Source of the DNA: Rhizomicrobium sp.
GTDB lineage: Bacteria > Pseudomonadota > Alphaproteobacteria > Micropepsales > Micropepsaceae
Reading direction: 5' to 3'
DNA: 64,000 bases
Assembly (NCBI GenBank): GCA_050728995.1
Contig: JBOHKH010000012.1
Location: forward strand, 1,152 to 65,151
Program-made: the position numbers and the translations under genes
Notes under the pieces: generated by a model
Told to the model about the DNA's origin: nothing
What the model saw: the letters and a program-made list of their open reading frames with translations, nothing else
Database searches by the model: none
In this document: piece after piece, positions 35,336-44,665 of the stretch
How the letters are laid out: the number at the start of each line of letters is the position of its first letter
Numbering within the stretch: the first letter of the stretch is position 1

Positions 35336-36970
35336 TTACGCGCGCGGCGTCGTTGCGTCACTCTCCTCCAGCATCCGCTCCAGTGTTGCGAGTTCGTCGG
35401 CCTCGCGGGCGGGTTTGTCCCAGCGGATGCGGCTGATGCGGGGAAAGCGCATGGCGACGCCGGATTTGTGCCGGGAAGAGCGCTGCAGGCCCTCGAAGGC
35501 GATCTCGAGCACGAGGCCGAAATCCCTGTCGGCGCGCACCGCGCGAACCGGGCCAAAACGCTCGACCGTGTTGTCACGCACGAACTTGTCGAGCGTTCTG
35601 AGCTCCTCGTCGGTGAAGCCGAAATAGGCCTTGCCGACGGGCGTCAGCGCACGATCGCCATTCGCATCCTCGCGCCACACGCCGAACGTATAGTCGGAGT
35701 AATAACTGGAGCGCTTTCCGTGACCGCGCTGCGCATACAGAAGCACGGCATCGATCAGATGCGGATCGCGTTTCCATTTGAACCAGCGGCCTTTTGGCCG
35801 GCCGGCTTCGTAGATCGAATTCCAGTGTTTCAGCATGAGGCCTTCGGCGAGCCGCGGATCGCCAGGCGGCGGATCGGTTCGCATTTGGGCCAGTGTTTCC
35901 CAACTCTCGAACGTTATCAGCGGCGAAAGGTCGATGCGTGGAGCATTTGCCCGCGCAACGAAGGCTTCGAGCCGCTTGCGCCGTTCGCGGAAGGACAGGG
36001 GACGAAGGTCTGTTCCGCCTTCCAACAGGAGATCGTAGGCGCGGATACCGACGGGGTAATTCGCGATTGTTTTAGCGTCCGGCGATTTGCGGTTGAGCCG
36101 TTGCTGCAGTTCAGAGAAGGGTGCGAGAACGCCGCCGCGAATGACGAGCAGTTCGCCGTCGACCACTCCTTCGTAATTGAGCCCGGCGATCGCGTCCGGG
36201 AAGGAGCGACCGATATCGTCACCGGTGCGGCTGAAGATCCGGCGCGCGCCGCCCTCGCTCACAGCCTGCACGCGGATGCCATCCCATTTCCATTCGGCCG
36301 CGTAATCGTGCGGGGCAAGTTTTGCGAGGTCGGCCGTCTCGTCTAGCGCCTGGGCGAGCATCACCGGACGAAATCGTCCGGGCGCAGCGCGCGACGGCTT
36401 TTCGCTGCGGCCCTCCAGCCACGCAAACAGGTCTTCGTACGGGGGATGTTGCGAATGCCAGAGTTCCTCGATTTCGCTTACATCCTTTTCGCCGAGCGCC
36501 GCCAGCGCCTGTTTGGTGAGCCGCGCGGAGACGCCGACGCGCAAGCCCCCGGTCAAGAGCTTGAGAAGCGCCCAGCGGCCGTCGGAATCGAGGGCGTCAA
36601 GCCATGTCTCGAGAAGGCGCTGCACATCCTTCCGTAGGGCGCCTTGCAGCGTATCGACGACTTCCGACAGTTCTGGTTCGGGAGTGCCTCCGATTGCGCG
36701 CCGCGGCCAAACCAGCGCGGCCGTTTCGGCAAGATCGCCCACATAATCGTACGAAAGCGCGAACAGCGTCGCGTCCATCCTTGCTTCAACTGTCTTGCGG
36801 ATAAGGGCGGGCTTGGCCACGCCGAACGAGAGCGCGCCGGATAGCGCTGCGAGCGCCCAGCCCCGTTCGGGATCGGGTGTTTTGCCGAAATAATCGCGCA
36901 TCAGCACGAGCTTGGCGTTGCGCGAGGGCGTGAATGCGAGCCGGTCGAGGAGACTCGCGAAGGCGCGCAT
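35336..36970 (-). CDS. ATP-dependent DNA ligase (ligase-associated DNA damage response type)
   Basis: Adenylation motif I EWKWDGIR (KxDG) plus an OB-fold C-terminal region. The start abuts the stop of the upstream MBL exonuclease gene with a 0-nt gap. Confidence 0.88.
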   Translation of the reverse strand: MRAFASLLDRLAFTPSRNAKLVLMRDYFGKTPDPERGWALAALSGALSFGVAKPALIRKTVEARMDATLFALSYDYVGDLAETAALVWPRRAIGGTPEPELSEVVDTLQGALRKDVQRLLETWLDALDSDGRWALLKLLTGGLRVGVSARLTKQALAALGEKDVSEIEELWHSQHPPYEDLFAWLEGRSEKPSRAAPGRFRPVMLAQALDETADLAKLAPHDYAAEWKWDGIRVQAVSEGGARRIFSRTGDDIGRSFPDAIAGLNYEGVVDGELLVIRGGVLAPFSELQQRLNRKSPDAKTIANYPVGIRAYDLLLEGGTDLRPLSFRERRKRLEAFVARANAPRIDLSPLITFESWETLAQMRTDPPPGDPRLAEGLMLKHWNSIYEAGRPKGRWFKWKRDPHLIDAVLLYAQRGHGKRSSYYSDYTFGVWREDANGDRALTPVGKAYFGFTDEELRTLDKFVRDNTVERFGPVRAVRADRDFGLVLEIAFEGLQRSSRHKSGVAMRFPRISRIRWDKPAREADELATLERMLEESDATTPRA

Positions 36971-37981
36971 CTATTCGCCCTCCTCTTCTCCATAACCCGA
37001 GAGCGACAGCGCGCGTGCATCCACGCCATTGATCTGTGCCCAGCGCAGCAGCGCGTCGTCCTCGCCATGGGTGAGCCACAGCTGCTCGGGATGAATCTCC
37101 CGGAACGTGTCTGTCAATTCGTCCCAATCGGCATGATCGGAAATGACCAGCGGCAGTTCAACTTGCCGCTGCCGCGCCCGCGCCCGAACGCCCATCCAGC
37201 CCGAGGCAAACGCCGGCAGCGGATCGGCGAAGCGCCGCGACCAGCGCTCGCCAATCGCATCGGGCGGCGCGAGGACGATCTCTCCGGCAAAGTCGTTGTT
37301 TGAATCCACGGTTGCCGGTGCCAAGTGGCCCAGCTTCACGCCATGCCTTTCGTAGAGCGCATTCAGATTTGCGAGCGCGCCGTGAACGAAGATCGTCCGG
37401 TCGTAACCGGCTTCGCGCAACAGGCAGATGACGCGCTGAGCCTTGCCCAGGGCATAGACGCCCACGAGATGTGCGCGGTCGGGAAACTGGCCGAGCGATT
37501 TCAGCAGTTTTCCGACCTCGCCGGCATCGCCGGGATGACGGAACACGGGTAGTCCGAACGTCGCCTCCGAGACGAACACGTCGCAGGCCACGGGCTCGAA
37601 AGGCGTGCAGGTCGGATCGCGCCGGCGCTTGTAGTCTCCGGATACGACGATCGTGAGTCCCTTCCAGCGGAGCGCGATCTGCGCCGAGCCGAGCACATGA
37701 CCCGCAGGTACGAAAGTGACGTCCACACCACCGAATGTTACGGTTTCGCCATAGCGGGCGACCTGCGCCGTTCCCGCGAAGGCATCGCCGTAGCGCGCTG
37801 CCATGATGGCAATCGTCTCGGCGGTCGCGAGCACGGCATCGTGTCCTGGTCGTGCGTGATCCCCATGGCCATGCGTGATGACCGCCCTGGATACCGGCCG
37901 CACCGGATCGATGACGAATTCGCCGGGGAGGCAGCGAAGGCCAGAATCCGTCGGACGTATGAGATCAGTGGCTTTGATCAC
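36971..37981 (-). CDS. ligase-associated DNA damage response exonuclease (metallo-beta-lactamase/beta-CASP fold)
   Basis: HGHGDHARPG (HxHxDH) motif, ~336 aa, immediately upstream of the ligase gene. Confidence 0.85.
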   Translation of the reverse strand: MIKATDLIRPTDSGLRCLPGEFVIDPVRPVSRAVITHGHGDHARPGHDAVLATAETIAIMAARYGDAFAGTAQVARYGETVTFGGVDVTFVPAGHVLGSAQIALRWKGLTIVVSGDYKRRRDPTCTPFEPVACDVFVSEATFGLPVFRHPGDAGEVGKLLKSLGQFPDRAHLVGVYALGKAQRVICLLREAGYDRTIFVHGALANLNALYERHGVKLGHLAPATVDSNNDFAGEIVLAPPDAIGERWSRRFADPLPAFASGWMGVRARARQRQVELPLVISDHADWDELTDTFREIHPEQLWLTHGEDDALLRWAQINGVDARALSLSGYGEEEGE

Positions 37982-38110
37982 GGAACGCTACACACGGGAA
38001 AGTGGTCCAGTCGTATCGGGCGGCTATCAAACGACTTTGAATTCCGAACGATTGGTCTACAAGAGAGTATCCGTCCGCCCAAGCCGCCCTGTCTGCCGGA
38101 GATCCCGCCG

Positions 38111-40300
38111 ATGACACGACTTCTCCCCTGCATTTCGGCTCTTGCCCTGTTTGCCATCGCGGGAGGCGGCCTCGCTGCCACCATTCCGCCGCCGCCGGCC
38201 ACGCCTGCGGGCAACACCGTCGATGTGATCCAGGGGACGAAAGTCGCCGATCCGTATCGCTGGCTCGAGAATGCCGCTGATCCCAAAGTGCAGGCCTGGA
38301 GCGATGCGCAGAATGCGCGCACGCGGACGTACCTTGACGCCTTGCCGGCAGCAGACGGGATCAAGTCCAGGCTCACGAAGCTGATAACGGCGACGTCCCC
38401 GGCCTATTACCGGCTGGAAGCGCGCGGGCGGCTGGTTTTCGCAATGTACAGCGATCCGAGAAGACAGCAGCCCATGCTGGTGACCCTCGATGCGAAAGCG
38501 GATCCGGCAAGCCGCAGGACTGTCCTTGATCCGAATGCGCTCGACGCCAGGGGACTCACCTCCATCGACTGGTTTGTGTCTTCGCCCGATGGAAAGCTTG
38601 TCGCGCTGTCTCTGTCGAAGAACGGAAGCGAGGACGGCACGCTGCATGTTTATGACGTCGCGAGTGGCCAGGAGATCGGCGAGCCGATTCCGCGTGTGCA
38701 ATATCCGACGGCTGGCGGAGACCTCGCTTGGGCCCAGGACGGCAAGGGCTTCTGGTACACGCGCTATCCGGGCGCGCATGCGCCGGCGGCCGACCAGCAT
38801 TTCAACATGCAAGTCTATTTTCATCGACTGGGAGAAAATTGGAAAGGCGACGCGCTGACGCTGGGAAAGAAGGATGGACTCGAGCGCGTCTCGGAAGTGT
38901 TTCTCGACAACCGATATGATCGCCCGGCAATTCTTGCTTCGGTGCAGCGCGGCGACGGCGGCGAGTGGGCATTCTATGTCCTCCGCCAGGGACAGCCGGC
39001 CGTCGAGGTCGCCAATTATCCCGACCGTATTGTCTATGCCGCAATCGGTCCGGACGATGCGATCTACGGGATCAGCCGCGCCGGCGCATCGAACGGAAAA
39101 ATCGTTCGGCTGAGCGCACCATACCAGCCAGGGGCGCTCGCGAAGGCAGCAACCATCGTTCCCGAAAGCAAAGTTGCCATTCTTTCGGGCGGCGCCGAGC
39201 AGCACGTGCAGGACCTCACGCTCTCGTCGGACCGCCTTTTCGTACGCGACATTGTGGGTGGCCCCAACCAGGTGCGCATATTCGATTTCAACGGGCATCC
39301 GGAAGGACGGCTGCCGCTTCCCGAGATCGCCGCCAATTCGGAGATCGAGCCGCTCGTCGGCGGCGACGTACTGTTTGACGTCTCGACCTACCTTCGCCCG
39401 CGTTACTACGCGTCGTGGAATCCCTCGTCCGGCGTAGCGACGGAGACGGCGCTCAAGATCACTTCCCCAATATCTTTCGACGATGCGCAAGTGAGACGCG
39501 AATTTGCGACATCGAAAGACGGCACAAAGGTGCCGGTCAACATCATCGAACGTAAAGGCACGACGCGCGACGGTAACAACCCGACGCTGCTTTACGGTTA
39601 TGGCGGCTACGGCATCAGCATGACCCCGTCCTTCATCGGCGCCATGCGGAGGCTTTGGCTCGACCGTGGCGGCATCTACGCGATCGCGAATATCCGCGGG
39701 GGCGCCGAATACGGCGAGCGTTGGCACCAGGAAGGCATGCTGACAAAGAAGCAGAATGTCTTCGACGATTTTGCGGCCGCGGGCGAGTACCTCATCGCGC
39801 AACGTTACACCTCGCACGAGAAGCTTGCGCTGATGGGCGGCTCCAACGGCGGATTGCTCATGGGCGCCACGCTGACGCAGCACCCGGAGCTCGCGCGGGC
39901 GGTGGTTTCCGCGGTTGGGATTTACGACATGGTGCGCGTCGAACTCGACCCCAATGGTTCGTTCAACACCACCGAATTCGGCACGGTGAAGAATCCGGAG
40001 CAGTTCAAGGCGCTGTACGCCTATTCGCCCTATCACCATGTGCGGAAGGGCGCGGCCTATCCGGCCGTTCTTATGCTCACCGGCGCCACCGACGGCCGCG
40101 TCAATCCGATGCAATCGCGCAAGTTTACCGCGGCGTTGCAGGCGACGACCGGGTCCGATCGCCCGATCCTTCTGCGCACGAGCGCCAATTCGGGGCACGG
40201 CATCGGCAGCTCGCTGTCAGAGCGCATCGCGGAGCAGACTGACATGCTGGCTTTCCTGTTCGACCAGCTTGGCATGACGAAGCAGGTGGCCATGCATTAG
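38111..40300 (+). CDS. prolyl oligopeptidase family serine peptidase (S9A), secreted
   Basis: Signal peptide MTRLLPCISALALFAIAGGGLAA, ADPYRWLE N-terminal motif and GGSNGGLLMG nucleophile elbow. ATG 38111 chosen; the track start 37697 overlaps the divergent gene. Confidence 0.9.
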   Translation: MTRLLPCISALALFAIAGGGLAATIPPPPATPAGNTVDVIQGTKVADPYRWLENAADPKVQAWSDAQNARTRTYLDALPAADGIKSRLTKLITATSPAYYRLEARGRLVFAMYSDPRRQQPMLVTLDAKADPASRRTVLDPNALDARGLTSIDWFVSSPDGKLVALSLSKNGSEDGTLHVYDVASGQEIGEPIPRVQYPTAGGDLAWAQDGKGFWYTRYPGAHAPAADQHFNMQVYFHRLGENWKGDALTLGKKDGLERVSEVFLDNRYDRPAILASVQRGDGGEWAFYVLRQGQPAVEVANYPDRIVYAAIGPDDAIYGISRAGASNGKIVRLSAPYQPGALAKAATIVPESKVAILSGGAEQHVQDLTLSSDRLFVRDIVGGPNQVRIFDFNGHPEGRLPLPEIAANSEIEPLVGGDVLFDVSTYLRPRYYASWNPSSGVATETALKITSPISFDDAQVRREFATSKDGTKVPVNIIERKGTTRDGNNPTLLYGYGGYGISMTPSFIGAMRRLWLDRGGIYAIANIRGGAEYGERWHQEGMLTKKQNVFDDFAAAGEYLIAQRYTSHEKLALMGGSNGGLLMGATLTQHPELARAVVSAVGIYDMVRVELDPNGSFNTTEFGTVKNPEQFKALYAYSPYHHVRKGAAYPAVLMLTGATDGRVNPMQSRKFTAALQATTGSDRPILLRTSANSGHGIGSSLSERIAEQTDMLAFLFDQLGMTKQVAMH

Positions 40301-40522
40301 GCGCCCGCGGCGGCTCATTGCGGCGGGATCGCGACCAACAATTCACAAGCAATTTCCTGCGCTTAGTGCCGCAGCAAAATGCGGAACTCTCGGCATCCAG
40401 GCTCATTAGCTTAGGGCGATGCGGCATCGCCGCGGCCGGCAACGCGGATGCGAAACGCGCGACATTCCGCATCAATTGGCAACGTCCAGCGGAGGGTGGA
40501 CAGCAAAACGCAGGAGAGAGAG

Positions 40523-40840
40523 ATGCTAGCAAATGCGTTGAAGTTGACCGCCGCCGCCGCCGTGTTGGGGTTGGCAGCAGTCGCGGTGACGGGTACCCCC
40601 GCTGCAGCGGATACTTTCCAGACACGCTGCTACGGCGCCGACTGCGTACGGCTGCAATGCGACGACTGGGGACGGGACTGTTTCCGAATCGGACGTTTCG
40701 ACCAGTATGATTACGACCGCCCCGCTCCGTACGGATACACGGAAAGCTACAGCGTATACCCCGACCGGTACTACGCACCGGACTACGATTACGACTACAA
40801 TTACGTGCCCGATTACGACTACGACTACTATCCGGGCTGA
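40523..40840 (+). CDS. small secreted Cys-containing protein with Asp/Tyr-repeat C-terminus
   Basis: RBS GGAGAGAGAG precedes ATG 40523. Signal peptide MLANALKLTAAAAVLGLAAVAVTGTPAAA, four Cys, tail PDYDYDYNYVPDYDYDYYPG. An intrinsic terminator follows. Confidence 0.7.
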   Translation: MLANALKLTAAAAVLGLAAVAVTGTPAAADTFQTRCYGADCVRLQCDDWGRDCFRIGRFDQYDYDRPAPYGYTESYSVYPDRYYAPDYDYDYNYVPDYDYDYYPG

Positions 40841-40865
40841 TGTCGGCCGAGAGGCTTCGCCGAAA

Positions 40866-40891
40866 GACCGCGGATTGCCGCGGCCTTTTTT
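40866..40891 (+). terminator. rho-independent terminator
   Basis: ccgcgg-attg-ccgcgg stem followed by a T6 run, 26 nt after the stop at 40840. Confidence 0.65.
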
Positions 40892-40948
40892 CCGGTCCGT
40901 GACTGCGACGATCATTGCGGGACCCGAGGCTGCGCACGACGATCCTTC

Positions 40949-41458
40949 TTACGCGTGCTGGTCGCGCAGGAGGATGAACGTCGCCATGTCCCAGGTGTTG
41001 CGTATTCCGACGACCAGAATCGCCACGAGGGCGACAGCCAGGATGTCGAGCGCCAGGGCTGCGGCCGAGAGTCCCAAAAAGGCGGCCGCTGCAATCGCGG
41101 CATAGGCAGAAATCGGGATGATTGCATAGCCGGCGCGATCGGCTGTATCGAGCCGCATGGCCCAGATGCGCGTGGCTACCACGATTCCATACGCGACGCC
41201 TGCGAGGCCGCCGGATCCGAGCAAAACCGAGAGGGCGAGCGGTGTCAGCGTTGGCGCGGTTAGAATCGCTGAGCCGATGAGCACACTGCCGAGATGGACA
41301 ATGGTAGGGGCAATGAAGCCGCGCAGGCCGGTCGCCCTCCTTTCCTTTAGGTTGCCAGCGAGGGTGGCAACGATGAACGAGGCTCCGACGATGGCGCCGG
41401 AAGCCGTTCCAATCATTACATAGAAATCGCGCCATTCGGCGAGAGGCAGCGCGGCCAT
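40949..41458 (-). CDS. hypothetical membrane protein (5 TM)
   Basis: 169-aa ORF made almost entirely of hydrophobic helices. Confidence 0.55.
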   Translation of the reverse strand: MAALPLAEWRDFYVMIGTASGAIVGASFIVATLAGNLKERRATGLRGFIAPTIVHLGSVLIGSAILTAPTLTPLALSVLLGSGGLAGVAYGIVVATRIWAMRLDTADRAGYAIIPISAYAAIAAAAFLGLSAAALALDILAVALVAILVVGIRNTWDMATFILLRDQHA

Positions 41459-41663
41459 CTGGTGTCTCCTTTGCGATTTGTTGTGGGCTTCCGGGCAGCA
41501 GCAGTCGGATCATGCCGTAGGCTCATTACCAAAACGAAAGGTGTAGATAACGTAATTCGGAACGGGGAAGACATCCTGTCGCAAGCATGCGTCGCCAAAT
41601 GCTCTTCACCTGAAACCGGAGCGGACTAAATTGTGGCTCGTCATCCGAACTGTGGGAGGTACG

Positions 41664-42293
41664 ATGCGAACATTGCAAAACGCCGTTCTCGCGGGCGCGG
41701 CGGCCGTGCTGCTTTGCGGCGCCTTCAGCGTTGCTGCGGCGAACGATCGAGCATCTCATGTCATGAGCTTCCGATTGCCCGGTGGCGCTGTGGAGCTAAT
41801 CCGCTACACGGGCGACGTGGCGCCGAAAGTTGTCATTGATCCGAAATCCGTACATTTCGCGTTCGACTGGCCGGTCGCGTTCGGTGATCGCGGACCCTTC
41901 GCCGCGCTGGACCGCATCTCGGCGGAAATCGACCGCCAGACGACGCAGATGATGCGGCAGGCAAATGCACTGGTGCCGTTGCCCGATGCGCAGCGACTGA
42001 CCGAAATCGCGTCCGGCAAACTTCCGGCCGGCTCCGAAGGTTATTCTTTCGTTTCGACGACTGGCGGCAATGTGTTTTGTGCCCGCAGTGTGCAGATCAC
42101 GTCCCGGGGGAAGGCGCGAAAGCCCCGGGTCGTCTCTCGCACCTACGGCAATTGCGCAGGCGCCGGCGCATCCGTCGGATCGGGCGCACGCAGCGGGGCG
42201 GAACCGGCCGACCGGCAGGATCGTGCGCGTTCGATCGATTACGTGGAGCCGTCCTCGGGCGGAATGCTGCACGAAGCAAGCGCCGTTCAGTAG
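41664..42293 (+). CDS. hypothetical secreted protein
   Basis: ATG 41664 with GGGAGG upstream. Signal peptide MRTLQNAVLAGAAAVLLCGAFSVAAA. Confidence 0.55.
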   Translation: MRTLQNAVLAGAAAVLLCGAFSVAAANDRASHVMSFRLPGGAVELIRYTGDVAPKVVIDPKSVHFAFDWPVAFGDRGPFAALDRISAEIDRQTTQMMRQANALVPLPDAQRLTEIASGKLPAGSEGYSFVSTTGGNVFCARSVQITSRGKARKPRVVSRTYGNCAGAGASVGSGARSGAEPADRQDRARSIDYVEPSSGGMLHEASAVQ

Positions 42294-42298
42294 CAAAC

Positions 42299-42604
42299 CT
42301 AAAGGACCTGACGGAGGAACTCGCGCTTCTCCCGCAAGACGAACCGCTCGCGCTCGGCGAAGGCAAAATTCGCCAGACCTTCGGCGTCGCTTCGCAATTT
42401 CGCCCGATAGGCTTCGTAGGCTGCAAGGCTTTCGAAGCCTATCAAAGCGCGGGCGATATCGTTTGTGCCCTCGTGCGGCATGAAGTAGCCGAAAAGATTG
42501 CCGCCGCAGCGCGGAATGATTCCGCTCCAGTTTCTGGCGTAATCCTCGAATGCTGCGCGTTTGGGGGAATCGATCTGATAGCGGATATGGCAGACGATGC
42601 TCAT
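42299..42604 (-). CDS. NIPSNAP family protein
   Basis: 101 aa: [26 protein letters not shown]...[32 protein letters not shown]. The track ORF extends upstream to 42838 without support. Confidence 0.7.
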   Translation of the reverse strand: MSIVCHIRYQIDSPKRAAFEDYARNWSGIIPRCGGNLFGYFMPHEGTNDIARALIGFESLAAYEAYRAKLRSDAEGLANFAFAERERFVLREKREFLRQVL

Positions 42605-42678
42605 GGCGGTTGCTCTGGTTGGGCGGCACCGCAGGATATGTCTTGCGGCGCCCCTCATGGTTCGATTAGCATCGAAGC

Positions 42679-43356
42679 ATGAAAGACGGCCCCAGCATCG
42701 CTCCGGTAGCGGCACTGGTCGGTGAGCCGGCCCGCGCGAACATGCTGGCCGCGCTCTCCGGCGGCACGGCGCTGACCGCGAGCGAGCTGGCAGGCGAAGC
42801 AGGGGTGACGCTTCAAACGGCAAGCTCCCATCTTGCAAAGATGGAAACGGCCGGACTCATTGCCGCGACCCGGCAGGGACGGCACCGGTATTTCCGGATT
42901 GCTCATGACGACGTCGCGGGTTTGCTCGAAGCGCTCATGGGTGTTGCTGCGCGTACCGGCCAGATGCGAACCCGCCCGGGCCCCAGCGACCCGGCATTGC
43001 GGGCGGCCCGCGTCTGTTACGATCACCTCGCCGGAGAGATGGGAGTTCGCCTGCTCGACGGTCTGGTCCACAGGTGCCGGATTGCGCGCGAGGGCGAAAC
43101 GTTGCACCTGACGCGGGCAGGCGCAGACTTCATGAAGAGATTCCAGGTCGATCTCGACGGGCTGGCGAAAGCGCGCCGTCCGCTCTGCCGCGCGTGTCTG
43201 GACTGGAGTATACGCCGCCATCATCTCGGAGGCGCGCTCGGTGCCGCACTCCTGGAGCGTTTCGAGGCGTTGAATTGGATCCGGCGGGAGGAAAAAGGCC
43301 GCGCTGTCCGCTTCACCGCGACGGGAGAGCTTCAGTTCGCGCACTTTCTCTGCTGA
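42679..43356 (+). CDS. ArsR/SmtB-family winged-helix transcriptional regulator with C-terminal extension
   Basis: HTH region [54 protein letters not shown], plus a ~120-aa C-terminal domain with Cys pairs (VCYDH, CRACLDW). Confidence 0.8.
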   Translation: MKDGPSIAPVAALVGEPARANMLAALSGGTALTASELAGEAGVTLQTASSHLAKMETAGLIAATRQGRHRYFRIAHDDVAGLLEALMGVAARTGQMRTRPGPSDPALRAARVCYDHLAGEMGVRLLDGLVHRCRIAREGETLHLTRAGADFMKRFQVDLDGLAKARRPLCRACLDWSIRRHHLGGALGAALLERFEALNWIRREEKGRAVRFTATGELQFAHFLC

Positions 43357-43484
43357 GGCGGCTCCGTACGCGGCCCTGCGCCAGGGCGCACGGAAACCGG
43401 CGGGGGCTGATGTTCGTTCTCTAATCACGTCGAAATCGGAGGTTCTGGCGAGGTTTGGGCGTGGCCAAGGAAAGGAGATCGAAG

Positions 43485-43922
43485 ATGCTGAGACTCTCGA
43501 AGAAACTGACGACCCTCGCGAAAGGCGCTGCTCTGGCCGGCTTCGTCGGATTTGCCGGCGCGGCTCTGTCCGTTGCGCCTGCGGCGGCCCAAATGCGTGG
43601 CGGCGGAGGCTTCCATGGCGGAGGCTTTCACGGCGGAGGTTTCCACGGTGGAGGTTTCCACGGTGGCCCCACTGTTTCCAACCGTGGCTTCGGCTTCCGC
43701 GGCGGATTTACCCGCGGCGGCTTCCGCGGCCGCCCCACTGTTTCCAACCGTGGCTTCGGCTTCCGCGGCCGCGGCGGCTGGTGGCGGGGCCGCTGGTATG
43801 GCCCGGGCTGGGGCGGATGGTGGGGAGTCGGCCTCTACGGTTACCCTTACGGGGGTTATCCGGCTTATGGGTACCCGTATTGCAGCTATTACGACTACTA
43901 CTACGGGTACTGCGCCTATTGA
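43485..43922 (+). CDS. secreted Gly/His/Tyr repeat protein
   Basis: RBS AAGGAAAGGAG. Signal peptide, then (GGFH)x4, a duplicated PTVSNRGFGFRG unit, W/G-rich and Y-rich segments, and a tail ending CSYYDYYYGYCAY. A terminator follows. Confidence 0.75.
   Translation: MLRLSKKLTTLAKGAALAGFVGFAGAALSVAPAAAQMRGGGGFHGGGFHGGGFHGGGFHGGPTVSNRGFGFRGGFTRGGFRGRPTVSNRGFGFRGRGGWWRGRWYGPGWGGWWGVGLYGYPYGGYPAYGYPYCSYYDYYYGYCAY
43606..43769 (+). repeat. intragenic tandem repeats (12-nt GGNGGNTTYCAY x4; 37-nt exact direct repeat at 43667-43703 and 43733-43769)
   Basis: Read directly from the sequence. The 37-mer ccccactgtttccaaccgtggcttcggcttccgcggc occurs twice, 66 nt apart. Confidence 0.85.
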
Positions 43923-43927
43923 ACGGA

Positions 43928-43965
43928 AAGGCACCGGCTTCCGCGGCAGCCGGCGCCTTGTTTTC
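43928..43965 (+). terminator. rho-independent terminator
   Basis: aaggcaccggc / gccggcgcctt stem (one mismatch) followed by GTTTT, 6 nt after the stop. Confidence 0.55.
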
Positions 43966-44034
43966 CTCTCACCGACTTGAGACGGACCGCGTGCATCTTT
44001 ATAGGAGCCCCGCTTTAGCTCGCTGGAGGGGCAG

Positions 44035-44589
44035 GTGCACGATCCCGCGCTCGACGCGCACGAGCATACCGAACATGCCCAACACGCTGCGCACGATCCC
44101 ATCATTGCGCGGGTCTCGATCACGGTTGCGGTGCTTGCCGTCCTTGCCGCCGTGGCGGGAAGTCTTGAGACGGTCGAGGGCGGGCGGGCGCTGACTGCGT
44201 CGAGCGAAGCGGTGTTGCGGCAGGATCAGGCCACCGACGCCTGGAACGAATTCCAGTCCGACGGGCTGAAGAAGTTCATGTACGCGATAGCCGCCGATTC
44301 GATGTCTGCCCACGCCGACGATTACAAAGCACAGGCGAAAAGGAGGGCGGCAAACCAGGACCTGGATCGGAAGAAAGCGGTCGCGGACGAAGCGGAACGC
44401 GACCGATTGGTTGTTGCAAGCCAGGCCTATGAAGGACGTCATCACTGGCTGACGGGCGCCGCGACGCTTTTCGAGATCGGCATCGCGATGTCCACGGTTG
44501 CGATTATTACCCGGAGATCCTGGCTGTGGTACGCCGCCACGGTTTTCGGTATCGGGGGGATTGCGCTGCTGGCCGCGACCTACACATGA
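44035..44589 (+). CDS. DUF4337-like membrane protein
   Basis: GTG start. His-rich N-terminus (HEHTEHAQHAAH), a TM helix, a helical region (DAWNEFQSDGLKKFMY) and C-terminal TMs. Family assignment from memory. Confidence 0.65.
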   Translation: MHDPALDAHEHTEHAQHAAHDPIIARVSITVAVLAVLAAVAGSLETVEGGRALTASSEAVLRQDQATDAWNEFQSDGLKKFMYAIAADSMSAHADDYKAQAKRRAANQDLDRKKAVADEAERDRLVVASQAYEGRHHWLTGAATLFEIGIAMSTVAIITRRSWLWYAATVFGIGGIALLAATYT

Positions 44590-44665
44590 GGGCTGAGCTT
44601 TGAGCAGCCGCAGGCCGGGCCAGCCTCGGCTTGACCGGGTGGGGAGGCTCCCCTATCTCCGCTTT

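Noticed and set aside
38057-40198. 713-aa minus-strand ORF antisense to the prolyl oligopeptidase gene
   Set aside because: The plus-strand frame has clear S9 peptidase motifs (GGSNGG, signal peptide). The antisense translation is Arg-rich and featureless.
40125-41513. 462-aa minus-strand ORF spanning the peptidase end, an intergenic region and two other genes
   Set aside because: It crosses an intrinsic terminator and a well-supported small secreted gene. The composition is Arg/Ser/Pro-biased.
43606-43769. Short tandem repeats checked as a possible CRISPR or minisatellite
   Set aside because: The repeats are in-frame inside a well-supported CDS (GGFH and PTVSNRGFGFRG units). No spacer-repeat architecture exists anywhere in the window.
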